The notes below the pieces were generated by a model that ran no database searches, had not been told where the DNA came from, and saw nothing but the letters and a program-made list of their open reading frames with translations. Shown here one piece after another: positions 10,926 to 21,249 of a stretch of DNA of 64,000 bases (the first letter of the stretch is position 1; each line of letters starts with the position of its first letter). Origin of the DNA: Candidatus Velthaea sp. (GTDB lineage: Bacteria > Vulcanimicrobiota > Vulcanimicrobiia > Vulcanimicrobiales > Vulcanimicrobiaceae); contig CBDCCS010000021.1 in NCBI GenBank assembly GCA_965214935.1, positions 32,001 through 96,000 of the forward strand, given 5' to 3'. Position numbers and translations under genes: made by a program.

Positions 10926-11360
10926 ATGTCCGCCTTGCGTGCCGCGCGACCTCATCGTTTTAGCGTTGAGGAGTACATGGCCTCGCGCGTCGCCGGGCAC
11001 ACGGAACTCATCGACGGCACGTTTTACGAAGTGTCGCCTCGCACTCCGCGGCACGTCTACCAGGGTCAGCACGCGCCCGAGGTTGACGTCGCCAGCGTAC
11101 GCGCAAATTGGTATGCAATGACGGCCGAGGCCGGCGACACCTTCGCTGCCATTGAAGTTGCCGACACGTCGTTCAACGACGATCGTACGGTGAATAACCC
11201 GCTTTACGAGGCCGCCGGCATTGCGGCTTCGATTGTAAACATTGCGCAGCGCCGAGTTGAATTATATGCCGGCAGCGGCGAACATCGCTTCTACGGCGAA
11301 GGCGAAATCTGCGACGTACTGGGCATTCGTATGCCGGTCTTGGAGCTTTCGGCGTTGTGA
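10926..11360 (+). pseudogene. degenerate Uma2 (DUF820) family endonuclease
   Basis: FSVEEY, ELIDG, SP..H, IEVADTS, LY..AGI present. The segment between H and the P-D motif looks deleted and the catalytic K reads N. Confidence 0.6.
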
Positions 11361-11497
11361 ACTACAGCTCGTCAAGTGTCGCAGCGTCGCGATCGGCATG
11401 AGCGGCACATACACCGCCCGGCGAACGCACCCCAAACGACTCGAACTGCCGGGTCAACGAAACGAGCGGCAAGCGGTGAACGGCGTTAGGATGGGTT

Positions 11498-11917
11498 ATG
11501 AAGGCTGAAAAAAGTGAAATCAACGCGTCGGAACATATCGACCAGCTCGTTGCCGGACTCACGGATTGGCGCGGCAAAACGCTGGCCGATGTCCGCAAGA
11601 TCATCGTCGAGGCCGATCGTGAGATCATCGAGGAATGGAAGTGGATGGGGAGCCCGGTGTGGTCTCTCGACGGCATCATCGCAGTCGGCAACGCACACAA
11701 AAAGCACGTGAAGCTCACCTTTGCGAACGGGGCGCACCTGGCAGATCCCGACAAGCTCTTTAATAACGGTCTGGGCGGGAATAAATGGCGAGCAATCGAT
11801 CTCTTCGAGGGTGATGTCGTAGATGCGAACGGATTACGAACGCTTATTCAAGCCGCCATTGCCTACAATCAAAGTAAGTTGAAGAAAGCGCCTGCGCGCC
11901 GTCGGCCGAAAGACTAG
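11498..11917 (+). CDS. DUF1801 (YdhG-like) protein
   Basis: EEWKWMGSPVW, VKLTF..GA.L.DP.KLFN.GLGGN.WRAID. Confidence 0.85.
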   Translation: MKAEKSEINASEHIDQLVAGLTDWRGKTLADVRKIIVEADREIIEEWKWMGSPVWSLDGIIAVGNAHKKHVKLTFANGAHLADPDKLFNNGLGGNKWRAIDLFEGDVVDANGLRTLIQAAIAYNQSKLKKAPARRRPKD

Positions 11918-11945
11918 CAGCAAGCTCGCTCTGCGTAGCGCCGGC

Positions 11946-12354
11946 ATGGTGATCACGGACAATAACGCAACGTTTGCGAAGCGCGATCGGCACATCGCAA
12001 GCGAAAGCGATCGGCCGGCGACGATCGCAGTTGCCGGGCGTTCCGGGAGAGCGTGACGTGCGAACCGTTGGCGAGATTGTCCTTGCTCGGACAAAAGGCG
12101 TGACGCTTGAGATCATCGCCGATCCAAAGGCGCGCGTCATTTATTTTTACGATAGATCCGGTCATTTCGAGCGCGTCGACGCGACCGTTAAGTTCTATAC
12201 GCCGCCCAGTGTATCGAGCCTGACGCTTTCGCTACGTGCCATGTTCGCCGAATCGGACATCCCCGAGCTCAGTAAGCGGTGCTTCTTCCCCACATTACTT
12301 GATAAGAAAATAGCTCAGTTCGCGACGCTACCGGCAACGCCCGAACGTCGTTAG
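11946..12354 (+). pseudogene. frameshifted Uma2-like C-terminal remnant
   Basis: PATIAVAGRS/(shift near 12042)/PGER...GVTLEIIADPKARVIYFYD...LTLSLRAMF resembles the Uma2 IAVE.LSP...G..LV.VVDP..R.V pattern. Confidence 0.4.
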
Positions 12355-12776
12355 CGTTCGATCAACCGGTCGATCGCGCGCAGATATGAATCGACGCCCA
12401 GGCCGGAAAATTGGGCGATACAAACCGCTGCGGTTACCGAGATTCGGCGGAACGCTTCGCGTTGCATGATGTCCGACAAATGCACTTCAATCGTCGGCAC
12501 GGCGATGCCGCCGATCGCGTCACGGATGGCGTACGAGTAATGGGTGTATGCGCCGGGGTTGATAACGATACCGTCAGCCCAATGCCGCAGCCGATGCAGT
12601 TCATCGATGATCGCGCCTTCGCTATTATACTGCGAAAACGCCGTTTCGACTTGACGTTCGGCGGCATACGCAGCGATCGTCGTTTCGAGTTCAGCCAGCG
12701 TTAATCGGCCGTAGATCGCCGGCTCGCGTTCGCCGAGCAGATTGAGATTCGGCCCGTTTACGACCGCGATACGCAC
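12351..12776 (-). CDS. aroQ: type II 3-dehydroquinate dehydratase
   Basis: NGPNLNLLG.REP.IYG, INPGAYTHYS, EVHLS. Confidence 0.97.
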   Translation of the reverse strand: MRIAVVNGPNLNLLGEREPAIYGRLTLAELETTIAAYAAERQVETAFSQYNSEGAIIDELHRLRHWADGIVINPGAYTHYSYAIRDAIGGIAVPTIEVHLSDIMQREAFRRISVTAAVCIAQFSGLGVDSYLRAIDRLIER

Positions 12777-13849
12777 GCAGTTTCCACGAATGCAACCGCC
12801 GCCCGGACCGTTTCGCGGTCGACGGCCGCATCTTCGACGGTCACGCCGACATCGCGTAACAACACGAAGCGCGTTGCACCACCGGCAGCTTTCTTCTTAT
12901 CGCGGTTGACCGCATCGACGACGGCGGCGCGGTCGAGTTGCGGCAACGGCGGAACGCCGACGGCTGCGAGATCGGCGTCGATAGCGCGCGCAAGAGCGCC
13001 GCTGCAATGTCCGCGTTGCGCGGACAACCATACGGCGGCGCGCATCCCGACGACGACCGCCTCGCCGTGGCGGTAATAGGCGTAGCCGGTGGCGGCCTCG
13101 ATTGCGTGTCCGATCGTATGCCCGAAGTTGAGCCGCTCGCGAATGCCGCTGAGATCGCGTTCGTCGGCGGCGACGATATCGGCTTTGAGCGCGATGCAGC
13201 GCTCGATCTGGGCGTCGTTGATCCGCGCCGGATCGACGGCGAGCAATTCGGCCCAGAGCGCCGCATCGAGGGCCAAACCGTATTTGAGCATCTCGCCGTA
13301 CCCGGAGACAAATTCTCGCTGCGGCAGCGTTGCAAAAGCCGTGCGATCGACCAAGACGAGCGAAGGTTGGTGAAATGCGCCGATCAAATTCTTACCGCGC
13401 GCATGATTGATCCCGGTCTTTCCGCCGATCGAACTGTCGACTGCAGAAAGTAACGTCGTCGGCGCACCGATCCAGCGAACGCCGCGCAGATATGTTGCTG
13501 CCGCGTAACCCGCAAGGTCGCCGATCACGCCGCCGCCGAGGGCCACCACCACGCCGGTGCGATCGAGCCCGGCGTCGAGAAAACGCCCGTACAGCGCATC
13601 GAGGTCGGCCGGCGACTTGCGCGATTCCGTAACATCGAGCACGATTTCGTGAACGTCCTTGCCGCGAGCCCGTAACGCCGCCGCAACGCGCAAGATTGCG
13701 TCGCCGGCAGCGCGGTCGGCAACCAGCGCGAATGTCTGCGCGTTGTCGAGCCCCGCAGCAGCAAGCAAATCGCCGGCGGCATCGAGCAGTCCGGCGCCGA
13801 TATGCACGTCGTAGCCGCGCTGCGCCGTTGCGAAACGAACGGTCTTCAC
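12758..13849 (-). CDS. aroB: 3-dehydroquinate synthase
   Basis: GGGVIGDLAG, PTTLL..VDSSIGGKTGIN, KNLIGAFHQP, LNFGHTIGHAIE. Confidence 0.97.
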   Translation of the reverse strand: MKTVRFATAQRGYDVHIGAGLLDAAGDLLAAAGLDNAQTFALVADRAAGDAILRVAAALRARGKDVHEIVLDVTESRKSPADLDALYGRFLDAGLDRTGVVVALGGGVIGDLAGYAAATYLRGVRWIGAPTTLLSAVDSSIGGKTGINHARGKNLIGAFHQPSLVLVDRTAFATLPQREFVSGYGEMLKYGLALDAALWAELLAVDPARINDAQIERCIALKADIVAADERDLSGIRERLNFGHTIGHAIEAATGYAYYRHGEAVVVGMRAAVWLSAQRGHCSGALARAIDADLAAVGVPPLPQLDRAAVVDAVNRDKKKAAGGATRFVLLRDVGVTVEDAAVDRETVRAAVAFVETACVSRS

Positions 13850-14349
13850 AGCAGCGATCGAATCTCGGCGACGATTTCTTCGAGACTGCGCCGGTCGACG
13901 TCGACGGTATGATCGGCCGATGCGTACAGCGGTAAGCGTTGCGCGAGCAACGTCGTAATCGGTATGCCGGCGGCGATAAGCGGCCGCGCGGTGCGCTGCG
14001 CGCTCAGGCGGCGCTCGAGCGTTGCGATGCTTGCGCGCAAATGAATCGAACGGCCACGCGTTGCGATGAGCGCCCGATTGTTCGGCGCGAGAACCGTGCC
14101 GCCGCCCAGTGCGATGACCGCATCATCGGTATCCGCCGCGTACGCCAATGCATCCGATTCGAGCGCTCGAAACGCCGGTTCACCGCGTTCGGAAAAGAGC
14201 GCCGCAATCGACATCTTGGCACGCTGTACCACGATTGCATCGGTATCGAAGAACGGCCGGCCGAGCGTACGCGCCAGGCGCCGCCCGATCGTCGTCTTTC
14301 CGACTCCGGGCGCACCCCATAAAAATACCGGATTAGTGCCGGACGGCAA
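13846..14349 (-). CDS. aroK: shikimate kinase
   Basis: Walker A GAPGVGKTT, DTD, GEPAFRALE, LGGG, RPL; TTG start inferred. Confidence 0.93.
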   Translation of the reverse strand: MPSGTNPVFLWGAPGVGKTTIGRRLARTLGRPFFDTDAIVVQRAKMSIAALFSERGEPAFRALESDALAYAADTDDAVIALGGGTVLAPNNRALIATRGRSIHLRASIATLERRLSAQRTARPLIAAGIPITTLLAQRLPLYASADHTVDVDRRSLEEIVAEIRSLL

Positions 14350-15496
14350 GCCGCTGCCATTCGCGAATGCGCGGCGCGATCTCGCCCATACTATCGCCGC
14401 CGAACTTTTCGAGCAGCGCATCGGCAAGCACCAGCGCCAACAACGATTCGCCGATGACCGCGGCAGCCGGGACCGCGCACGTGTCCGACCGTTCGATGTG
14501 CGCGTTGGTCGCTTCGCCCGTTGCGAGATCGACCGAACGCAGCGGCTTCATCAGCGTCGAAATCGGCTTCATAGCGGCTCGCACGATAAGCGTTTCGCCG
14601 GTGGTCATTCCGCCGTCGATACCGCCCGAGTTGTTGCTGGCATAACGCAACCGTTCGTCGCCGGGCAAATACTCGTCGTGCACTTGCGAACCGCGTCGGA
14701 CGGCACTCGTAAAACCGCCGCCGACTTCGACGCCCTTGATCGCGTTGAGACTCAAGAACTGCCGCCCGATTTCCGCTTCAAGCCGCCGGTCCCACTGCAC
14801 GTAACTGCCGAGCCCGACGACGACGTTGGAGGCGTACACCTCGAAAATTCCACCGAGAGTGTCGCCCGCTGCCCGCGCCGCGTCGACTTCGCCGACCATT
14901 TGCTCTTGCACGCCGCTGTCGAGGACACGTAACGGACGGTCGTCCAGCAACGCGTTGAGCTCGTCGACCGGCACGTCGAGCGGCCGTGCATCGGCAAGCG
15001 CACCGATGCCGACGACGCGACTTGCGATATGGATATCGAACGCTGCTAAGAACGCGCGCGCAACGCTGCCGAGTGCGACCCGCATTGCGGTTTCCCGTGC
15101 GCTCGAGCGTTCGAGGACGTTACGCATGTCGCCGTGCGCGTATTTCAAACCGCCGACGTAATCGGCGTGACCGGGGCGCGGGACGCTCACTTTGCGCCGG
15201 CCCTCACGCATCGGCGGTTCAGCCGCCATGATGTCCGTCCAAGCGCGCCAATCACGATTCGCGATGACTAGCGCGATCGGGCTGCCGAGGGTTTCGCCGT
15301 ACCGCACGCCGGTGAGGATCTCGACCTCATCGGTCTCGATGTTCTGCCGGTTCCCGCGGCCATAGCCCAGCTTGCGCCGCTTCAGCTGCGCGTGCAGCGA
15401 CGGCACGTCGAGCGCCAAGCCCGCCGGAACGCCCTCGATAATGCCGACGAGCGCACGTCCGTGCGATTCGCCCGCGGTGAGATAGCGCAAACTCAC
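14333..15496 (-). CDS. aroC: chorismate synthase
   Basis: LRYLTAGESHG, PRPGHAD, ERSSARETA, MKPISTL, ERSD. Confidence 0.97.
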   Translation of the reverse strand: MSLRYLTAGESHGRALVGIIEGVPAGLALDVPSLHAQLKRRKLGYGRGNRQNIETDEVEILTGVRYGETLGSPIALVIANRDWRAWTDIMAAEPPMREGRRKVSVPRPGHADYVGGLKYAHGDMRNVLERSSARETAMRVALGSVARAFLAAFDIHIASRVVGIGALADARPLDVPVDELNALLDDRPLRVLDSGVQEQMVGEVDAARAAGDTLGGIFEVYASNVVVGLGSYVQWDRRLEAEIGRQFLSLNAIKGVEVGGGFTSAVRRGSQVHDEYLPGDERLRYASNNSGGIDGGMTTGETLIVRAAMKPISTLMKPLRSVDLATGEATNAHIERSDTCAVPAAAVIGESLLALVLADALLEKFGGDSMGEIAPRIREWQRLAVRH

Positions 15497-17652
15497 GGCG
15501 TCGCTCCCAAATGATTCAACAGTCCGCTCATGAGACGAGCACTTTCGGCGGCCGCAAACGGACGTCCGTCGCGAAACCATATCTCGTACGTGGCGAGCGC
15601 TTGGGCGGCCAGCATCAGCAGTCCGCCCGTCGTCGACGCGCCGGCATTCCGCGCGTGCGCGAGAAACGGCGTCGGCAGCCGGCCGTATTTGAGATCGAAG
15701 GCCCATGCGCCGGGCTCGTACGCGACCCGGGCCGCGCTGCCCGGCGTCGCATCGACGACCAACGCAAACCGGCCGGCGGGCGCGGCTTGTGCTTGCAGTT
15801 GCAACGCCGGCAGATGACGCGCAAAGCGCTCGACGAGCTGCGCCGCCCGCTCGGCATTGCGATTGACGATCACGATCTCCGCCGGCCCCCGCTGCGCAAG
15901 GGCGTACACGACGGCCGCAGCGGCACCGCCCGCTCCGAGCACGCACGCCCGCTTCGTGCGAATGTCGATTGCGTGGGCGTCGAGCGTCGCGAGGATACCG
16001 GTGACGTCGGTGTTATGTCCGTCGAGCGTACCGTCGCTGCGCCGCGCGACGACGTTCACCGCGCCGACGATCGCGGCAACCCGGGCGCAGCGATCGACCA
16101 GTGCCGCCGCGCGTTCTTTGTATGGAATCGTAACGTTGCAGCCGACATACGCCGGATCGCGACGCATCGCTGCAAAGAGCGGAGCGACGTCGCCTTCGGG
16201 CCGCTCGAAGCGCTCGTATGCGATATTGGTATCGCACGCGCGTGCCAGCCAGGCGAAAATCTCGGGCGAGCGCGACTGTGCGACCGAAGCGCCGAGAACG
16301 CCGGCACGCATCGGCTCGCCGGTCAGATAGCGCAGCGTCGCAAAGAAACCCGGATACGAAATGGCGACGCAGGCAGCATCGTCGATCGTCGTCGGAGACG
16401 CTGCACCGAGCGCGGCGATCGCGCAGGCCATAGCAATCCGGTGATCGGCGAAACTTACGATGTTCGCACCGTGCAGCGGCTGCGGACCGGCGATCCGGAA
16501 GCCGTCGTCGAGCACCTCGATCTCGGCACCCATCGCGCGCAGATTGAGCGCGATCGCTTCGATCCGGTCGCTCTCTTTCACGCGCAGTTCTTCGGCGCCG
16601 CGCACTTCGGTTACGCCGGTTGCATAAGTCGCGAGGACCGCAATGAGCGGCAGCTCGTCGATAAGCGCCGGCACTTCATGGGCATCGATCGTCGTACCAC
16701 GTAGCGGCGCATAGACGGCACCGAGCGTCCCGACCGGCTCGCACTCCGCGTGCGAACGCACGACGGTAATTTTCGCGCCCATTCGCTCGAGCACACGCAC
16801 GAAGCCCATGCGCGTCGGATTGAGACCAACCTCGTGTAAGCGGACGTTGCCCCCTTGGACGATCGTCGCGGCCGCCAGCCAAAAGGCCGCCGACGACGGA
16901 TCGCCGGGTACACGCAGGTCGGCGGCATGTAACCGCTGTCCACCGCGCAGCCGCAGCGTGCCGTCGACTTTGAGGTCGGCTCCGAAGTGACGCAGCAGCC
17001 GTTCGGTGTGATCGCGTCCGCCGAGAGCGCCGCCGATAACCGTTTCGCCTGTGGCGCCGAGCGCCGCCAGCAAGATCGCGCTTTTCACCTGGGCGCTGGG
17101 CAGCGGCAGATCGTAGCGAACCGCTTGCAGATCGCCGCCGCGAATTTCGATCGGCGCCCGACCGTCGGCGCTCAGATCGATCGTCGCTCCGAAGGCACGC
17201 AACGGTTCGGCAACGCGCCGCATCGGTCGCGAACGCAGCGACGCATCACCATCGAGCCGGCTTTTAAACGGCTGCGCGGCGAGCACGCCGGCCATCAAAC
17301 GCATCGTCGTTCCGGAGTTACCGCAGTCGAGATCGCCGGCCGGCTCGCGCAACGCTTGCGGCCCGCGACCGTGGACGACGACGGTATCGCCGGCATCGGC
17401 GATCGGTACGCCGAGTGCCTCGAGCACGCCGCGCGTCGAGCGGACGTCGGCCGAATCGAGCAGGTTCATGATGTGCGTTTTGCCATGCGCCAACGCACCG
17501 AACATAAGCATCCGGTGGGAAATCGACTTATCACCGGGGATCGACGGCGTACCGGAAAAGCGGCGCGCCGGAGCGATCGTCACCGAACGAAAAAGCTCCC
17601 GGTCGTTCGACTCGGGAGCTGCGTGAGATTCATGCGCGGCGGTCGACCTCAT
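15493..17652 (-). CDS. aroA: EPSP synthase (AroA) fused in frame to shikimate dehydrogenase (AroE; domain 15493..16311)
   Basis: AroA: PGDKSISHR, CGNSGTT, SAQVKSA, ELRVKESDR, DHRIAM. With no stop between them, AroE follows: SRSP, NVTIPYK, GAVN, NTD, GAGGAA. Confidence 0.92.
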   Translation of the reverse strand: MRSTAAHESHAAPESNDRELFRSVTIAPARRFSGTPSIPGDKSISHRMLMFGALAHGKTHIMNLLDSADVRSTRGVLEALGVPIADAGDTVVVHGRGPQALREPAGDLDCGNSGTTMRLMAGVLAAQPFKSRLDGDASLRSRPMRRVAEPLRAFGATIDLSADGRAPIEIRGGDLQAVRYDLPLPSAQVKSAILLAALGATGETVIGGALGGRDHTERLLRHFGADLKVDGTLRLRGGQRLHAADLRVPGDPSSAAFWLAAATIVQGGNVRLHEVGLNPTRMGFVRVLERMGAKITVVRSHAECEPVGTLGAVYAPLRGTTIDAHEVPALIDELPLIAVLATYATGVTEVRGAEELRVKESDRIEAIALNLRAMGAEIEVLDDGFRIAGPQPLHGANIVSFADHRIAMACAIAALGAASPTTIDDAACVAISYPGFFATLRYLTGEPMRAGVLGASVAQSRSPEIFAWLARACDTNIAYERFERPEGDVAPLFAAMRRDPAYVGCNVTIPYKERAAALVDRCARVAAIVGAVNVVARRSDGTLDGHNTDVTGILATLDAHAIDIRTKRACVLGAGGAAAAVVYALAQRGPAEIVIVNRNAERAAQLVERFARHLPALQLQAQAAPAGRFALVVDATPGSAARVAYEPGAWAFDLKYGRLPTPFLAHARNAGASTTGGLLMLAAQALATYEIWFRDGRPFAAAESARLMSGLLNHLGATP

Positions 17653-17761
17653 CGGCGCAGAACTCCGCTCCCGGACGGCATGATGAACGAGCGAAAGGAG
17701 CGGCAAGACGGTCGCGCGAGGCGCATGATGCAAACTTCGTAGCACGCGCACGGCGGCGCTG

Positions 17762-18397
17762 TCAAGGACGGCCGGCCATTGCACGAAAGCATGTCGAGCG
17801 ATGGTCGTCGACGACACCCGTTGCTTGCAAGAACGCGTAGACGATCGTCGAGCCCACGAAACTAAAGCCGCGCGCGCGTAAGTCGCGGCTAACGCGGTCG
17901 GACAGCTCCGTACGGCCGGGCAACTCGTCCGCCGCGGCACGCCGGGTTACAACCGGGCGGCCGTCGACGAATTGCCATAAGTACGCGCCGAACGAGCCGA
18001 ACTCGGCCTGAACGCGCAAAAATGCCGCTGCGTTCGCCACGGTCGACACGATTTTCCCGCGGTGCCGGACGATCCGCGGATCGGCGACGAGCGCCGCGAT
18101 ACGCGCAGCATCGAAGCCCGCGACCACGGCCGGATCGAATCGCTCGAAAAGTTCGCGATAACCCGCGCGCTTCTGCAAGATCGTATCCCAACTCAAGCCG
18201 GCCTGGGCACCTTCGAGCGTCAAAAGTTCGAACAACCGGCATTCGTCGCGCTCCGGCACGCCCCATTCGGTGTCGTGATAGGCAATCGCGGGCTCTTTTA
18301 CGGCCCAGGGACAGCGGATGCGCTGCGGAGCGACGCCGGCCGCCGCGCGCGTGCCGCTTCGCGCGGCGCCTGGCTCCTCGGGTGCTTTGCGGTTCAT
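17762..18397 (-). CDS. tag: DNA-3-methyladenine glycosylase I
   Basis: RCPW, YHDTEWG, LEGAQAGLSW.TIL.KR, FVGSTIVYAFLQA.G.VDDH...C; GGAGG RBS. Confidence 0.95.
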   Translation of the reverse strand: MNRKAPEEPGAARSGTRAAAGVAPQRIRCPWAVKEPAIAYHDTEWGVPERDECRLFELLTLEGAQAGLSWDTILQKRAGYRELFERFDPAVVAGFDAARIAALVADPRIVRHRGKIVSTVANAAAFLRVQAEFGSFGAYLWQFVDGRPVVTRRAAADELPGRTELSDRVSRDLRARGFSFVGSTIVYAFLQATGVVDDHRSTCFRAMAGRP

Positions 18398-18686
18398 AGA
18401 CCTCCACAACGGCCGGGCTCACCCACAATTAAGGAATTACGCGCCGAATTCATGGGACTTTCGGCCGTAAGAACGGGTTTGCGGGCGGAACTTTGGTTCG
18501 TCGTAAGCGAAGCTACCAGCCCTCGCCGGTAGCTCGCTGCTCCGTACGAGTCCGAACGCACGCACTCTGCAAATTTTTGCTCGACCGTCGCTTGAGCAAC
18601 GCTCGTTGTCTGCCGAACACTCGTCTAGCCCTGCATCGTAACCGATCGTTGGAAAGGGCGTCCAAGGCTGCTTCTGCGGTGAAAGA

Positions 18687-19226
18687 ATGATGCTCAAGAC
18701 ACAAGATTTCGAGGCCCGGCTAGAAGTCGGTGCAGAAGCGATCGCAACCGCACGACGGCGACGCGCTCCGCGGTTCGTTATCGTGAACGCGTCCGCCCAG
18801 ATCGTTATGACCTCAGGCGACGCGTCGGATCCGGAAATCTGTGACATCAACTTCTCGCCGGCGCTCATCGCGAAACTCGTGGCCGAACTCGAGACGAGTC
18901 TTGAAAGCGAAGTTTTCGCGCTCGTCTCCCCGACGACGGTCGTTCGCGGAACGGCGCTCAGCGGCGCCACCGGCCGTTTCTACGCTCTGTTCGTCGAGCA
19001 TGTCGAATCGCGTGATCTGCTGGCCAACGCCTCCGAACGGTATCAGCTTTCACTGCGCGAAATCGATGTTCTCCGGCTTGTCTTGCACGGCATGAGCACA
19101 ACGGAGATCGCCAATCAATTGTGCATCGCGGCAACGACGGTTCATGCGCACGTCAAAAATATCGCTCGTAAAACCAAAAGCACGAAGCGCACGGAAATTT
19201 TAGCCAAGCTGCTCGGTGTCCGCTAG
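18687..19226 (+). CDS. LuxR-family HTH transcriptional regulator
   Basis: C-terminal LSLREIDVLRLV..G.ST.EIA..L.I...TV..HVKNI..K. Confidence 0.88.
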   Translation: MMLKTQDFEARLEVGAEAIATARRRRAPRFVIVNASAQIVMTSGDASDPEICDINFSPALIAKLVAELETSLESEVFALVSPTTVVRGTALSGATGRFYALFVEHVESRDLLANASERYQLSLREIDVLRLVLHGMSTTEIANQLCIAATTVHAHVKNIARKTKSTKRTEILAKLLGVR

Positions 19227-19357
19227 AGCTAGCTTTCGCATTCGTTCCGTTACGATGTCGAAGGCCTCTGCTCGCCGCTATCGGCGCGCGACACGGACCG
19301 GCATATAAAAAGTTGAGCCGTCACGACCGTAATTTTTTCGTTGTCGTGTGATTCGCG

Positions 19358-19386
19358 TTGACACAGCTTAGCTTTCCGTGATATTT
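19358..19386 (+). promoter_or_regulatory. sigma70-type promoter of the ilv leader
   Basis: Perfect TTGACA at 19358-19363 and an AT-rich -10-like tgatattt about 17 nt later. Confidence 0.55.
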
Positions 19387-19400
19387 AGCAGATAACACCG

Positions 19401-19481
19401 ATGATTTTACGCGCTATTGTCGTCCTCGTCGTTAGCCTCCGACTTGCAGTCCTTAGCGGGCGGCGAGCAGCTTTCACGTAG
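19401..19481 (+). CDS. ilv operon leader (attenuator) peptide
   Basis: MILRAIVVLVVSLRLAVLSGRRAAFT*; 12 of the first 18 codons are Ile/Leu/Val; lies upstream of acetolactate synthase. Confidence 0.85.
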   Translation: MILRAIVVLVVSLRLAVLSGRRAAFT

Positions 19482-19506
19482 ACGCAACGAGCGTTAAGAC
19501 TGTGAG

Positions 19507-19542
19507 AGCCCTTCGCCGACCAACGTGGCGAGGGGCTTTTTT
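19507..19542 (+). terminator. attenuator terminator of ilvB
   Basis: Stem agcccttcgcc / ggcgaggggct followed by a T run; cggcgag in the leader can pair with ttcgccg as an antiterminator. Confidence 0.85.
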
Positions 19543-19563
19543 ACAACCGAAGGGATACTTGAC

Positions 19564-21249
19564 GTGAACGGGGCAAGGGCGGCGCTCGAGGCGTGTAAGC
19601 GTGAGGGCGCCGAGGCAATTTTCGGATATCCGGGCGGCACGATCATGCCGTTTTACGACGCGATGTACGGCGACGCGGATTTCCGCCACTATCTCGTGCG
19701 GCATGAAGCCGCGGCCGTGTTTGCGGCGAGCGGCTACGCTCGGACGACCGGCAACGTCGGCCTTTGCTGCGCAACGAGCGGGCCGGGAGCGACGAACCTC
19801 GTCACCGGTTTACTCGATGCGTTCATGGACAGCGTGCCGATCGTCGCGATCACCGGACAGGTCCGCTCGAACCTTATGGGCACCGACGGCTTTCAAGAAG
19901 CCGATGTCTGTGCGATCACGCAATCGGTAACGAAGTATAACGTGCTCGTGCGTAACGCCGGCGACATCCCGGCGGCCATTGCCGAAGCGTTCTCACTGGC
20001 GCGCTCGGGTCGGCCGGGGCCGGTCCTCGTCGACATCCCGACGGACGTGCTCAAGGCTGCCATGCCCGACCACGTCCGCCCGCCGCGACGCGCGGGCTTC
20101 AAGCCGCCGGCCGTTGCCGATGCAGCGTCGATCGTCGCCGCCATTGCGTTGCTGCGTGCCGCAAAGCGGCCCATCCTCATCGCCGGCGGCGGAGTTCGCG
20201 GCGATGCGGCCGTCGCCGCATTCCGGCGTTTCGCGGCGCTATGCGGCGCGCCGCAGACGACCACGATCATGGGGCTCGGTGCCGCGGCGCCCGGCGATTG
20301 GCGCGATCTCGGCATGCTCGGCATGCATGGTACCAAAGCCGCGAATTTAGCGGTGCACGAGAGCGACGTCCTTTTCGCACTCGGCATGCGCTTTGACGAC
20401 CGCGTTACCGGCCGAACCGACCGCTTTGCGCAAGGCGCCAAGATCGTGCACGCCGACATCGACCGCAGCGAGTTCGATAAGATCATGACGGCCGACGTGA
20501 CGTTGAACGGCGATATTACGACGTCGCTCGGCGCGTTAGCCGATGAACTCGAACGGCACGCCGCACCGCGTTTTGATAGCTGGGCACGCGAAGCCGCCGA
20601 TCGGACGATGGCGCTGCCGCGCGATCGGATTGCTGCCGCGACGCTGTCGGCGACCACGGTTCTCGACCGCTTCTTCGAATTGATGCCGGGAAATGCGGTC
20701 GTTACGACCGATGTCGGTCAGCATCAGATGTGGGCCGCTCAGCGCATCCGTCCGCGCGAGCCGCGGGCGTTTGCAACATCGGCGGGTTTGGGCTCGATGG
20801 GTTTTGGTTTTCCGGCCGCGATCGGCGCGCAGGTCGCCCATCCGGACCGGCCGGTGTTCGCGATTGTCGGCGACGGCGGCTTTCAGATGTCGCTGACCGA
20901 ATTGGCGACCGTCAAACGCCATTCATTGCCGGTGAAAATCATGCTGATCGACAACCGAAATCTCGGCATGGTTCGTCAGTGGCAAGAGCTGTTCTACGAC
21001 GAGCGGTATTCGGCGACGAATTTGTCGGACAATCCGGATTTCGCTGCAATTGCCGCCGCTTACGGCATTCGCAGCGAGACCGTTGAGGCGCCCGGCGATC
21101 TCGACGAAGCAATTGCCCGCCTCATAGCAATTCCCGGTCCGGCGCTCTTGCACTGCGCGTGTTATCCGGCCGAAAACGTTTGGCCGATGATCCCCGGCGG
21201 CGGCTCGATCGACGACGTTATGACCGGTCGCACTCCGGTGCCGGCGTGA
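19564..21249 (+). CDS. ilvB: acetolactate synthase large subunit
   Basis: FGYPGG, RHE, TSGPGATN, GMLGMHG, RFDDRVTG, DVGQHQMW, GDGGFQM, LGMVRQWQ. Confidence 0.96.
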   Translation: MNGARAALEACKREGAEAIFGYPGGTIMPFYDAMYGDADFRHYLVRHEAAAVFAASGYARTTGNVGLCCATSGPGATNLVTGLLDAFMDSVPIVAITGQVRSNLMGTDGFQEADVCAITQSVTKYNVLVRNAGDIPAAIAEAFSLARSGRPGPVLVDIPTDVLKAAMPDHVRPPRRAGFKPPAVADAASIVAAIALLRAAKRPILIAGGGVRGDAAVAAFRRFAALCGAPQTTTIMGLGAAAPGDWRDLGMLGMHGTKAANLAVHESDVLFALGMRFDDRVTGRTDRFAQGAKIVHADIDRSEFDKIMTADVTLNGDITTSLGALADELERHAAPRFDSWAREAADRTMALPRDRIAAATLSATTVLDRFFELMPGNAVVTTDVGQHQMWAAQRIRPREPRAFATSAGLGSMGFGFPAAIGAQVAHPDRPVFAIVGDGGFQMSLTELATVKRHSLPVKIMLIDNRNLGMVRQWQELFYDERYSATNLSDNPDFAAIAAAYGIRSETVEAPGDLDEAIARLIAIPGPALLHCACYPAENVWPMIPGGGSIDDVMTGRTPVPA

